Part shown: positions 12,596-26,202 of the stretch, piece by piece | Numbering within the stretch: the stretch's first letter is position 1 | Layout of the letters: each line of letters opens with the position of its first letter | From: Epiperipatus broadwayi | Taxonomy: Eukaryota > Animalia > Onychophora | Reading direction: 5' to 3' | DNA: 64,000 nucleotides | NCBI GenBank assembly: GCA_028023455.1 | Contig: JAQFVV010000008.1 | Location: 11,780,001 to 11,844,000 of the forward strand | Notes under the pieces: model-generated | Told to the model about the DNA's origin: nothing | Database searches by the model: none | Seen by the model: the letters and a program-made list of their open reading frames with translations, nothing else | Made by a program: the position numbers and the translations under genes

Positions 12596-14760
12596 TTAAA
12601 ATGCCATCATCACAAACCTTCAGACAAACCTATATTACTATAAATGACAAATATGCGGCAGACATTCTAAATTAAGAATTATATGGATAATGACAGAGAC
12701 AGATCTAAAAAAAAAAAACTTATAAAAACATAATACCTTAAGAATCCCAAAATCTTAGAAAATAATGTGTTAAAATTGAATAAATGGTAGAAGACTGAGC
12801 TCTTATGAAAAAAAATTGAACCTCTACATTCCACAGAAAAAATTAAAGAATAAAATGATAGATAATAATATAATAACTTTTATAGATTTAATACAGATTG
12901 ATAATTAATTCTTTTTCTACTACTATTATCATAATAACTTTTGTTTATTCATATTATATAACTTCATTATTATATCACTTCATATGAGTAATTTTTTTAT
13001 GAAAAGTATTCATAATTTCTTGTAATTGTTTTACTTCAATAAAAAAACCATAAGATAATCTTTAATAGAGAGAAGATTAAAACTTTTATGACGTGCATGT
13101 ATACAAAATTTAAAACTGAAAGATATTTATATATATATGTTCTATTTTGAAAAAAATCAGCATAAGGAAGTATTTAAAAAAAAATCTACTTTAAAAAATA
13201 AATAAGTTATTTTAAAAAATAAATGTTAATTTTATGTTTGCCCTTTATTTCTCACAAAGGATTTATACTGATGATAATCTTTTAATATTTATAATACAAT
13301 CCAGATATAATTTACAGAATGATTTGAGGACATCTATAGATAGATAATAATTATTTGAAGGTTATCAATTCTAAAAGAATCCAAAATGGATTTTTTTTTT
13401 TCAAAACAAAAAAAATTTGTTCTGCTGAACAGAAATATTTTAATTTAATATGAAATTTTATCATTATTTCATATAAAAGTGTTAAGGTTATAGATTAATT
13501 AAACACAATAATTATATACAAAATTTTATTCTTCTTAAAATTATTAAGAAGTATCCATTAAAATCAAACAACACATACAATGAAATAGGCAGATGACTAG
13601 ATCTGATCATATTCCAAATAAGAATGATGCATTATATCATAAATCTGAGATTTCTGAAGGTTTTTTTTTTGTCTTTGCATTACATTATCATAATCTTTCA
13701 AAACCATTAACATGTTCTTAAAAATCCTGAATCCCCTTTTTTTTTCACTGAGAAAACCATGCATAATAAAATATCAATTTTGCCATAAATATAATATTTC
13801 ATGACTGATTATGGTAAGGAGTATAGTAATCATAGAACAATTTAAAAAACTTTAATATTCTATTTTCAACAACTATAAAAATGAGAAATCTACCACAAAA
13901 GAGTTAAAGGAGTAAATGTACACAATTTTTGTGTATATGTGTTATTGAGAACATCCAGAAGAAAATAGGTTAGTATATGTAAAACATGTTTATGCCTGAA
14001 AATTGCCATTTAAAAATTATCTTTAACTAAATAATGAGAGAATATGGCAAAAATTGCTAAGAATTGAATAAATATTTTTGTAAAATTATTAATACATTTA
14101 TTTACTAGAAAAGTTTGTATATAAATTCTGCTCTTAATTGGAGTATTTAATGAAAAGAAAACCACAATTCTATCTAAAAAATAATTCAAGATGCTATATT
14201 TATAATAAGTCATTAAAGTTTCAATTTTCATAATAATACAGAAAATTATTATTTTTGTTATAATTATTATTCATTTAAAAAACTGTTTTAAATAATAAAG
14301 ATTTAATCATGTGTTCTATGGTTGAGAAGATTAGTTAAGAGATAAAAAAATATATTTGGCAGTAAATCAATCTTCACATATGTGCTGTTTTAATATAAAT
14401 TTACACACACTCACCCATAAGAGATTTCAAAGAAGGAGTGAATTCACTTGTCCTTCAAGTTTATCTATTTATAAGTCAACCTCTACTTACTGTACATTAT
14501 TGCTAAAGTCTATTATATACCTGATTTCTTAAATGATATTCAAATTATACAAACATAATTCAAATATTATAGGAGAAAGAATTTATCTCATTTTTAACCA
14601 CCTGCATTTAACATATAATAATTTAGAATTTAAATATATTGATAAATATTTATTTTTTATACAGCACATTATTTATTGTAATATATTTGGAAGTAAATCC
14701 ATCTTCACACACATGCTGTTTTAATATAAATTTAATAATTGTAATATTAAAAAAGTATCT

Positions 14761-15328
14761 AAAACTCTCCATACAGTAGTGCCATTCAGTGCAAGCCAGA
14801 GTAATCAATGGATGCCCGAAGGCTTGTGCATAAAATCCCTATCTAGTGCCTACTTATCCAATATCCCCAGACTAGTTTCTGGCTTATAGCCTTCATCAAT
14901 GAGGAGCCTTGGATCTGAGAGCACTGCACCTAGATCTTAGGATCTAATGCAACCCTCCAGCAGCCACCTTTCATCTCTACTTAACTACAAAACTATGAGA
15001 ATAAAATTGAAAACACAATAATATTTACAATCCAAGCTCATTAGCTTATCTAGTCATATAGGTCTGAGCTCAGTTCAGCACCCATACATTTTGGTGTCTG
15101 GCTCTTTAACAACCATAGCCACCACTATCCTATTAGGCAGGATTGGTGTTAACCACTAAACATCACATGATCACTATATCTTATGCTTGCTCATAACTTA
15201 TTAAACAGGCAAAACATTGATTATTCTGGCTTGCACTGAATGGCACTACTGTATGGAGAGTTTTTCCTGTTTAATAACAGTTATGAGCAAGCATAAGAAA
15301 CAGTGATCATGTGATGTGTAGTGGTTAC
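14761..15328. mobile_element. Hammerhead-bearing non-coding repeat, one unit plus inverted arm
   Basis: Clearly homologous to 10770-11453 over the whole unit (identity not computed). 15216-15328 is the reverse complement of the unit end/start junction. Confidence 0.75.
14864..14905 (-). ncRNA. Minimal type I hammerhead ribozyme motif (core variant UUGAUGA)
   Basis: Minus strand reads TCCTCA-TTGATGA-AGGCTATAAGCCA-GAAA-CTAGTC-TGGGGA; stem II GGCT/AGCC. Confidence 0.7.
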
Positions 15329-16049
15329 CAACATTGTTTAAAAATGTAATAATTTTTGTTCCTTCTTTTAATCTATAAAGCCAAAGGGTTAATTTATAAA
15401 AAATTCTAATATCCATATTCACTTAGTGATAAAGTAATTGAGTATATTTTTTAAAAGCTGTTATTGTAATTTATATCATGCAGACATACATTTTTGTTTT
15501 TCTTTAGTAATAGTGTAATTTCAAATCTTATAATTAATTATATTTGAAATATAAGATTTTGCTTTTTTTTTATTATAGAGAAATTCATTTCAATTGAAAT
15601 TCCAAAGTAAATTATGTAATCATATAATTAGTTTTTTCAGATTATGTCGAAGTTTGAATATTCAAGTGGTAGATTACATGTAACAGCTCTATTCTCTTGA
15701 ACAAATTTTTTTTTTTTTTCTGCCTTTTTTTAATAATTTTATCCAACTGAAAATCGATTCAAAAATTTTACCTCACAAGTGTTAAGAAGATAGAAAGCAA
15801 TGATAAATTATTAATAATGTCAATGAAATATTAATGATTCATTCTACTTTGGAATAGAGAATTTAATATTAAGCAATCTTAATTATTTTGATATATTTTT
15901 ATTCAATAAAAGCTAAGTAATTTCTTAAATATCAATCATATAATTCTACTATAAAGAATAAAATACAATTGTCTAAGGTATAGATTCATGTTTACTTATT
16001 ATTATAAGATCTATTTACCTTCTGCAGAAAGTGTCATTACTTAAATAAC

Positions 16050-18200
16050 AATTCAATGACAAAATTTCCAGACTAGAAAAAAAAAAACAAATCTGAATAC
16101 AAAAACTATGAATATATTGTAACAGTAGCCGGGTTCAAACCCTGTTACAAGGGAGTGACATAATATCCCCCAACGGCCTAGATAAATTGCCTCAATATGC
16201 GAGTATGTACATAAAGAATCATATAGATATATGTCGAAGAGAGAAATAAAGTTTGAAAGTTTTATTTTTATTAAAAAAAAAATAACAATAATAAAAAGAG
16301 AAAGATGTATATAGTTATAGTTGTTTATTTTAGAATACATTCAGAAAAATATGCGTTAATAAATTGTGGAAATGCAGTTATACGCAAATATATAATTTTT
16401 TTTTGTATTATTACTTATTTCAAATGTATATTTTCCTTTAGTTTTATCGTACATAGTATTTTAATGAGAGTAACGAAAGAACTTTGATATATCTACCTTG
16501 AGGCAATTTTGTGTCTTTTGTTCCATTACTTAGCCACTCTAAATTCCAGGAAATCTTAAATAAATGTATAGCTAAAAAAAGAAGAGAAACCTAAAAGAAA
16601 AATGTTAAAAGCATGCCTGAGAAATAGATCTCAATGCTGATAAACTATTTTGGAAAATAAAAGAATTGGATTAATTAGTATGTGAAAAAGAAAGAGAGAG
16701 CAAGAGTGTTTTTCGGACAGAAATGTTTTATTAATATTTTTTTTTCCTTTTGCTAAGTTTATTGGTGGAGCTATGCTCACATTATTAAAAAAATGAAATA
16801 TTAAAAGTATTTCAATCAACCATCTCGAGAAGAAAATGGATTTAGCAATATCAACTTATACAATCGTAATGCTAGGATAGAACAAATACGTGTAAGGCGA
16901 TCACCCTAAGTTCCAAATATATATAGCTGTTCCTGTTCAATGCCTGCCTTTCCAAGAACACGAAGGACCCTACCGATACACTGCTAAAATAATCCAGAAA
17001 TGAATGAATCTTGAAACGTATACACTAAGAAAGCTTCCAATAAGACATCATTATTTTCTATATCCAAGCAATACCACAAAATGGATGGTCGTGCCGGACT
17101 TTTGTCATTAACAGAAATTTTTTCCATTCGTCGACAATTTATAGATTTCGTTTGGAACATTGAAACAAGCTTACGTGGAAATAATCTTATACCTAATAAA
17201 AATAAAATCCCGGGTACTCCAAGGTAAATATGACTAATTTTTATTGTCTTAAGTGAACTGAAAATTGCCTATCGTTACTCTCTAAAGATTTAATCATTAT
17301 TTAAAACTATATAATTTAATTTGTAACGTATAAATGCATTCTTACACATGCTGTTTAATTATATGTTCTTTTATATTTAACAAATTTCGTTTTTTTTCTT
17401 TTTATGATATCATTTGATATGTAAATTATATTTTTTTTTCTCTTTTCTCAATATTTAATTAGACGTAATAGTAATAAAATGGTATACTTATTTTAAAACA
17501 AATTATTTGTCTATCATTAATGAACATCTTTATCACAGTTCCCTTCCTGGCAGTATATCTGTCAGAATAAATTGAGAATGCTTTTCCGAGTAAGCAATTA
17601 TATTAAATGTACTTTCAAACTCCAAACCATAAATTTGATAAGGAAATAGATTGTGTATTGAGGGAGTGAATGTTTAGAAGTAGGGAGTGCAAAGTAGCTA
17701 ATTTTAAACAGCATGCGATCTAATTTGAGAAGCACAGAACTCAGGGAAAGATCGTTCCAAATACACAAATTTATCCGTTTACCTCCGTTCAGCCCGATAC
17801 ATATTGTTTCCTCCCAGTCCTGAGATTTGAGCTAGCTAGCACCTAATTAGTGATAGTTCTAAGATTACTTAGATAGGAAAAGTATAATTCTTACGGTAAT
17901 AGTGAGATTGACACTTGAGGTCAGATTAACTGACGCTTATAAATATACTTTTTCCGAAGAAATTGTTGTTCGTCCTTTTAATGAGATAATGGCCACTAGG
18001 TAGATTTTTTTGCTTTTTTTTTTATTAACTTACATCCTTATATAGGATTTGTAGATTTTATTTCTTGAGATTTCATTAAGAAAGTAGATTCGTATTCAAA
18101 CCCAATTTGGTAGATAGTATTCAAATTCTATCTGCAGGTGTTATGCCGACTAGACAGTCATAGTTTTGCGTTTACTACCCTACATGGTCAACAGATCAAT
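16050..18200. promoter_or_regulatory. CpG-retaining island, candidate promoter region
   Basis: About 35-40 CpGs by eye in ~2 kb of apparently non-repetitive sequence, versus near absence in 20-24 kb and most introns. Confidence 0.4.
17081..17223 (+). CDS. Candidate first coding exon of an unannotated plus-strand gene
   Basis: aaaATGG start, 47 open codons MDGRAGLLSLTEIFSIRRQFIDFVWNIETSLRGNNLIPNKNKIPGTP, donor AG|gtaaat. No homolog recognised. Confidence 0.35.
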
Positions 18201-19049
18201 TTTTTTAAAAGATATTTATACAAACAACAAAATTGATACTGGGGTTGCCTATTAAAATATAAAAAGTATAACTTTAATAAACTGAAAAATGATTGGTGTT
18301 ATTTTCAATTTTTTTGAAATAAATTATTGATTATATGAAACTAACAAATCCTTTCAAAATAGAATATTTATATTTAAATAAACATTCAATATGTAATATA
18401 TTAAAAAATAATTACTTTGTTTAGATTTTGGTCGTTTCTTGGGAATCTGAACATCAAAATGATGATTATCATTCTGCCAGAATTCTTCCAGCTCAGATGA
18501 ATAAAGGATTTTATCACTGGGTATAAAAGGTAAATTACTGGTAACATTTTCTTTTTCCTAAAAAATAATAATTTATTATCAAATACCTATCATCCACTAA
18601 ACAAATACAAAATTTATATAAAATCAATATTATTTATGACAATGTTAATATATACTATATACTTATACACACAACACTAGGGATGTTTTTTTAAGGAATA
18701 TATATAGATTTGTGATGTTATGTTGCATGAGTTTAAAAGGGTTTTTTTTTTATTGTACCAATTTATAAAAATAAAAGGAATAGAAAAGACTGAAGTAATT
18801 ATCATAAAATATTATTGTTACTTACTGCAGCAAAAACACTTTACAGATTTTATTCAAGAGATTTCTGTCAATCATACATAAGTGGTTATCAGAGATTTAA
18901 TGTGACTTTAGAAAATCAAAAGCACTATGGACGATTTTTTTTATCAGGCAATTAATTCCTTTTAGGTATAATCAAGGAATTTAATTAAATTAATCACTTA
19001 CATTTATAGAAATGTATGAGATTAACCAACAAATTTTATTTGTATTACA

Positions 19050-20550
19050 ATAATTCTATGTGATGGAATGAGAGGAAATATTACTATTGCTGGAGAAAAA
19101 ATTAAGGGACTTAAAATGAAAGTGGTATTAAAAAAGGATGCATACAACTCCAATTTTGTTTTCAATTTTTAACTCTCTGGACTTTGGAATAATTTATAAG
19201 CAGATTCATGAAGTAGACATCAAGATGTGATACAAATTAAAAGCAAAAAAAAAAATTCTAGGTTCCTAGATTTGCAGTACTATTCTTGGCAATTCAAAAA
19301 ATAATCTACATTGTTTTAAAGACAACACATAAGAGTTTCATTTAATAATTGGATGTTTAAAAAAAAAAAAAAAACTTTATTTTTTAACCAGTGATAGAAA
19401 AAAAGACTTCAATAACTTTAGCCTGGATAATAATAAACGTAAAAATGTCAGCCAATTTAAATATCTTAAAAAGCTTTTTAAATAGAAAAACAATTTCAGA
19501 TATTGAATTGCGATACAGAATTCAATATGTTGCTTCTGCATGTAACAAATTAAAAAATAGATCTGTTTCGACATAGCAATATAAGTATTACAACTAAATT
19601 CGTTGTATATAAAGCTGTTATTTTGCCCAATTTATCGTATGGAAATGAGATCTGGACCTTCTATTAACATAACATAAAGATATTAAAAAATTCTGATTTA
19701 ATAATACAAAAAATTATATAATAATTATGTACAAATAATAAAAATAGAAAAATATAATTTTGGATAATATAAAAATAACAAAAGTGCTCAAACAAGAATG
19801 TGTTACTCTTATCTATATTATTTAAATTATACCTATAGCAAGATTTTAAAATATGAAAAAGAATATGTGAAAAAATGGAACCTACATAATAAAACGCTTT
19901 ATACATTGGACCATGATTATCAAATAATTTGATTAAAGATCATGATGATTTGAATTATATGGCTAGAAAATTAATAGAGAAATATAAAAAATGGAAATGA
20001 AAATAAATATAATAAAAACAAAAAATAAGTATATTGGAAAAACACAACAGGATATAATATTAGAAAATGAACAGATTTAAAAATGTGAGAAATATAAGTA
20101 TCTAGGCATGAAAATCACATAAAGAGGAATAACAATGAAGTTTAAGAGAAAGAAATGTACAAGATTAGAAAAGCTATAGTGATATTAAATAGGTTAATAT
20201 GAATCAGAATATATCAAAACCCAATAAATCATGAATATATGACACAATAGAGAACAGCATGATTACACTGAAATTTGGTAGTTAAATGAGAGACTGGAAA
20301 AGAAATTGATGATTACAGAAATGGATTGTTGACACAGATCTGCAGAAAGATCAAAATGAGAATGCATAAACAATAAAAGCATAATATAACAAATAACATC
20401 AGAACAAGAGAACTAAAATGCTATAGATGTGTACAGAGGATGTCTTAGGAAAAATTAACAAAACAAATATTAAAGAAGATTACCATTAAGAAAGAGTAAA
20501 GAGGGTGTTTAAAAAAGAACAAGAATTTAAAAATATTATAGCAAGCTAAT
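19050..20550 (+). mobile_element. Decayed RTE-type LINE, RT C-terminal half
   Basis: YKAVILPNLSYGNEIWT motif, YLG-like remnant and terminal LKCYRCVQRM remnant. Confidence 0.55.
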
Positions 20551-23500
20551 AAGCCCAATTTATATGTTTTATAGTTTGTAATATGTAATAATATTGAATT
20601 TATTATTTAAAAAATGCATCTTTATTGGATTATGAAATAGAACACAATGAAAACAATGAAGGTCTATTATTAGGCAAAATGCTAATGTATTTCAAAAAGT
20701 AAAGTTTGCTGAAAAAGTTATAAGATAGCATAGCAAGATGTCAATTAAACAAAAGAACCAGTATGAGATATGTGTAAAACATATTTGAAATTAAGAGTGA
20801 TTACTAACAGTCCATGTAAAAGTCATCTCATATTATTTTTTAAAAAATTAGAATAGACATAGTCATTTATGAGAACTGCTAAGTGTTGCTTATTAGCATA
20901 TATATTATATAGATACCAACAAAATGAGTAACAAACAGAAATTTAGTAACAACAAAAATTAATAATAATAAAAATTACAATAAAGAATTATCAATGCACT
21001 GACTCTCATAACCAATTATCATTAACAGCAACATTGATTGTTCGGCATACAAACAAATAAAGCCCTACTTATATAAATAAACCACTATTGGGTTAAACTC
21101 TGACTCCAACAGTCTATCGCACAGGTCTAGCTGAGTACAAATTTAATAAGTGACTATACTCACAGTTCATTCTGTTTCCTCCTATAGAGCTCATTAAGTG
21201 TATGAAAACAAAATAAGATTTGTGCAATCTGCTTTAGTCCTTAGCCAGTAGTCGGTACTTTCAGAGGCATGATCTTTGGGATTATTGCCTTCTGAGCACG
21301 AACCGCCTGTTGCTTCCCAGACAGCTTCTCACTGGCTTCTTTCAGCCCTGTTCTTTTAACTCCATCTGGCTTCAAATAGCCAGTACTAACAGTTCACAAA
21401 TAAAATAGTTCACAATGAACATGCAAACAATTCAGCAAAAGCAAAAAACTCTTTGTTGTACTTTTTTGTGCACATTATTTATATCTCTCACTGATTTCCA
21501 GTTTTAATTCTTGATCATTATCTTGTTTTCTTCAAATATCAATCAGTCTGTTTTTATTTTTAATTAGTCTTTTTTGACTTGTTTTAAACAAATATTTCTT
21601 ATTAGTAAATCTCTTATCATTTATCAAGTGGGATTTCTTATTATTTGTTTTATGCAACTAATTTCTATTGTTTACTTTAAGCAAATATTTCTTACCATTT
21701 ATATTAAATTCATTTAACTTTCTTTCAATAGCATATCAATTAATTTTATTCTCATTCACCTCAACTTTATCTATTAGCTATCTATTAAATATATTTCTCT
21801 AAATATACTTTCTTTGCCTTATCTTTTTCTGGGTTAATGCATATGTTGCTTACTGCTATAATTATTGGGTTTAAATTTAGATATTAGTACAAAACATACC
21901 ACTAAAAATAATAACAATAATAATTTTTAAAATTAACAAGAAAAAAAAAATCACAATACAAGTAGTTTTTTCATAGAAAATAATAGAAAAAATTAGATAT
22001 TTTTTATTTTAATATAAATACAATCTGTATACCTTGCTTCAAACACTATAAGAAGTGATAGATTTAATATCTTTTATTTCATCATAAGAATCAAAAAGCA
22101 AGTCTAATAAATCATGGGATAAGAAAAATAAAATGATGAAAAAAATTTTCTTTTATAAATTGTCATAATTTCTGTTATATTCAAAAATTATTATTTTGTA
22201 AATAATTTTTATTTATTAAAGACAACACTTAATAATTTTACCATCTTAATAATATGTTGTTTTTTTTAAAAAAATCTTCTAAAAAATTGAAGAAACATTA
22301 TAGTTTAAAAAATAAAAATAATAAATTTATAATCAAATAGTACTATTGATATTACCAGTAATTTTCAAAAGGAATAACAATGTACAAGTTTATCATAATG
22401 ATTATCTGTATTGTTTCTCACCTATAATTATAGTGGATTGTAAAAAAGCATTATAAAAAGTAATAAAGAACATAGATGATAGTAATATTATATAATTATA
22501 GTCTTGATTGTTCATTTTTATGCCAAGTTATTTATTATAATATAGCTGTAAACTTTTAAAAAAACTGAGGATTAAATCATATTACTCTACTATAGAGTTT
22601 TTCCGTAAATATAAGTAATCAGTGTTAAACAGATTAGTTTCTAAGTATTAGTTTTATCATTAAAGAAAACTATTGGCAAAGGCTAATAGGCAGAAATTAA
22701 TTTAGGAATAGGATTGATAATATCATAACTCATGTTTACATAAACTATTCTAGAATGGAGAGATGCTAAATGGATTATTAACTATTAATAAAGAGTTTAA
22801 ATGCAAACTAGGGGAGTTATATGACACTTTGTTTTGGAATAAAAGATTCAATAATTATTCATAACTTTAATAAATTATAATTGCCAAATTTAATTAGTTT
22901 TAGTTTTACACAAATGCAATATGTTTCTATTCAATCAAATAAATTTTATTTTTATATAAATATTTAAAATATAATTATTAAATAATGTAATGCAATATTT
23001 TTAACTTACAATAATCTAAAACTATAAACAAACTTTAATAAAAAGTAAACTTCCTTGTAACAGTCAATCTACTTATATATAAATAAATTTAAAATACAAT
23101 ACTTGAAACAAGGAAAAAAAAATCTTAACATTTATTCTTACAGATAAAATAAACATTTACAATTTTATCTAAAAAAATTTCTTTTGTATATCCATTAAAT
23201 ATTTTTAAAAATTAAACATTTTTATTATTATGATGATTTAGTCTGATAAAGATCACAAACTAATTATATCTCAAGATATTATGTTTTATAAATTACAATT
23301 GATTGCACTAAAGTAATGCAGCAAAATATGCAATTGGGGGGGGGAGGTGCTAAAAATTTCTCACATTTATATAAGCAAACTCTTTTGGAATTTTAATTGT
23401 AATATTCTTCCTCATATATAACCTAACTAATTTTAATAAGAACAGTGAAAACTTTTTTCTTGCTATATCTTTATCATGAATAGAAATATTGGCAGCATCC

Positions 23501-24112
23501 ATGAAAATAATATTTTTGAATTTTAACTTTTATAATAATAAAGTTTCTCAGATTAGTAATTATTCTATTCATTTTATTGTCTGCTTCCAAAAAAAATAAA
23601 TAATAATAATTGATCACATCCATATATCATGCCATATAGGTTTATCAAATTAAATAAAATATATTAAATATTAATTTCATAAATAGGAGATGTATAAATA
23701 AATCAACATTTCTCTCTTTATTATACATGATCATTATTTTCCACTTCTTGATATGTCTATATTCTAATTATACATAAAGTATTTGAAATTTAAACAAATA
23801 ATTTAGAATCAGGCTTATTATTAAAGTGAGTAAATTATTGTTAAATATATAAACAAATACATAGGTCACAAGTAACAAATATGATTTTCACATTTTAGTG
23901 CACTAGTTATCATTTATCCATCATAAATGAATAAATCTGCATTACAAAAGCACATGTCATGGGAGAAATAAATATACAAGTGTGTGTGCATACATGTGAT
24001 TATGAAATTTTCATGTGAAATATTAAAAATAAAAATAAAATACTATTTCAAATCCAACTTCTCTAATGATTATAAATCTTACTATCATTTTTTTACTATA
24101 ATTGTTAATTAC

Positions 24113-26202
24113 CTGTAAAAGAATCTCTTCACTAACATCATTGAATGAAAAACTTGCTTCTGAATATGAAAATGAAGTAATGCCATGGTATTTGTGGTCT
24201 TTTTTACAAGTCAGAGGTACTCTTGTTTTATTTTCATGCTGGAAAGTGCTATCCGTATGATATAAGTCATTCTTTTCTGGAATGGATTCACTGTCTGTTA
24301 AAATGTATTCTCGGAGACTATTGATATCATTTAGTAATTGATCTTCCTCTTCTTTAAGCTCATCTCTTAAAAGTGCAATATCATCAGACTGCTCTAAATA
24401 ATGCCATTTGTGAGGATTTGACACACTTCTATTAAACACCCAAGAGAGGCTAAAATCAGAAGAATCAAAATCTTGAGTCTCAGACTTTATCAACTTCTCA
24501 TCATCAAGTTCATTTGATTGCTGTGACAAGCTCAAAGTTATAGGGAAAATGTCAATCTCACACTCCCATAAAGGTGATTCTGGTGTTGGAATGACTGGGG
24601 TTGAAATGTCTGTGATTTCTTTTTTAGTCTGAGCTATATTTTGAAGTGAATCGGTTAGTAGATTTTCAGTTTCATCTGCAATTTCTACTTCATTGATTTT
24701 ATCAAATTCACTTGCAATATATTCCTCAGTTTGACAAAATTTTTCTAAATTAGACATCTTAAACTTAGGTATAAAAGCAGTATCATCTGTAGATGTTACA
24801 TCATTTCCATGATACAGCATATACTTTTTAGGAGACTGACCTTCTTCTTCTTCAATACATAGTGTTCCACTATCTGACTTAGTAAACTTTGGTTTGCCTG
24901 GGGATACATCAGGAAGAACTTCATCAGAACATTCAGTATTGGTTGTGGTTGCATCTGATAAGGTTTCTTCTAAAGATTCTTCTCGGATAGGCCGGAAATG
25001 AGTACGTTGTGAAATAAGTAAGTTTTCTTGTTCTTCATTTTCTACATCTTTACTCAAAATGGATAGTTTTGTATTTGGATCAACATCTTTGGAATCAACT
25101 AAAGAACTATTTATTTTGTGTTGCACTTCAACAAAACAATTTTCTTTCAAACTTAACTCCTTGTCCCTTATGTCAGTTTCTATTACAGATTTTTTACATT
25201 TTTCATCAGTATGAGAAGATACTTTTTTCACAATTTTTTTATCTGACAAATTAGTTTTTAACATTTCAAAATCCCATACTGAATTAAGATTAGAAGAAAA
25301 ACTTTCATTATAATCTAAAAAATTAAATAAATGCAAATCATTATCATCAAATAAAGGACATTCAATTTTAGGTTTTAAAAATTTCAAATCAAAACATGTT
25401 GCTTTCCAAGTATCATCTTCAAATGGCAAAGATATATTGCCATAAACACCACCTTCAATAAACATTTCTTGCTTATGCCAAGAAAAATCAAATTCAGTTT
25501 TATTGTTTTCATCCCACAATTTTGTTTCAAAAAATCTACAGTTTTTAGAATAGAAGTTATCAAAAACTGAGATACCAGGTGTTTCAGCATCAAAATCAAA
25601 ATCTAATAGTCCACTTCGAGAATATTTGCAAGATGACAGATATGAATTTAAATGAGACAAATTTTCAGTTGAAAAATCTTTTAACAATTGAAATGACTGT
25701 ATCCCTGAGATTAAATCCTGATCAATGACCTCCCCATTTCCCAGCAATGGGTCATTATCATTCAAGGAAGTTAAAGAAAAATATGTAGATTTGTAATAAG
25801 GAAAATGAAAATATGAATCTGACTTATTTTCCCAAATAGCGGCAACATCTGATGTAAACTTTTCAGAAAACTGTGATAATCCTTCCAAATCATCATCTAC
25901 TTTATTTCTATTAAAAATATAATTACTTTTACTCATGTGAGCTTGTTTATCACCTCTATTTGTAACTATATTTTCACCACTCTTATAATTTTCCTGAGAT
26001 TCTCCATCTTTCTGTTCAGCTGATAGTGTAATTTTACCAGGAATAATTATTGGAAGAATATGATCCCAAGTTGATGATAATTTATTATTTATTTTCAGAT
26101 GGTCTTCACTTTCTTGAAAGTTATTGTTCTTCAAACCTTCTTTCAAATTATTACAAACTTTTCCATGCATAGCTTTTTTATGAGTATCTTTGGAATGACC
26201 AC
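24113..26202 (-). CDS. KIAA0232: KIAA0232-like protein, large coding exon (2090 nt, phase 1 to phase 0)
   Basis: Acceptor ttttttag|GT GGT CAT and donor CAG|gtaatt; 696 open codons. Motifs FIEGGVYGNI, ISQRTHFRPI and FIPKFKMSNLEKFCQT correspond, in order, to human KIAA0232 FILGGVYGEL, ISPRTHFRPI and FLPRLKKSGMEKSAQT (recalled, not searched). Confidence 0.88.

Noticed and set aside
16111-16150. Small hairpin gtaacag...ctgttac enclosing a B-box-like GGTTCAAACCC
   Set aside because: Too short, and no matching A box or cloverleaf.
22025-22110. Possible KIAA0232 last exon (DLLFDSYDEIKDIKSITSYSV*)
   Set aside because: The plausible frame needs a phase-1 donor, but the large exon ends in phase 0; no support without RNA data.
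24023-24112. ORF-track C-terminus VINNYSKKMIVRFIIIREVGFEIVFYFYF*
   Set aside because: Follows a strong CAG|GTAATT donor and reads like intron read-through; the true last exon is not identified.
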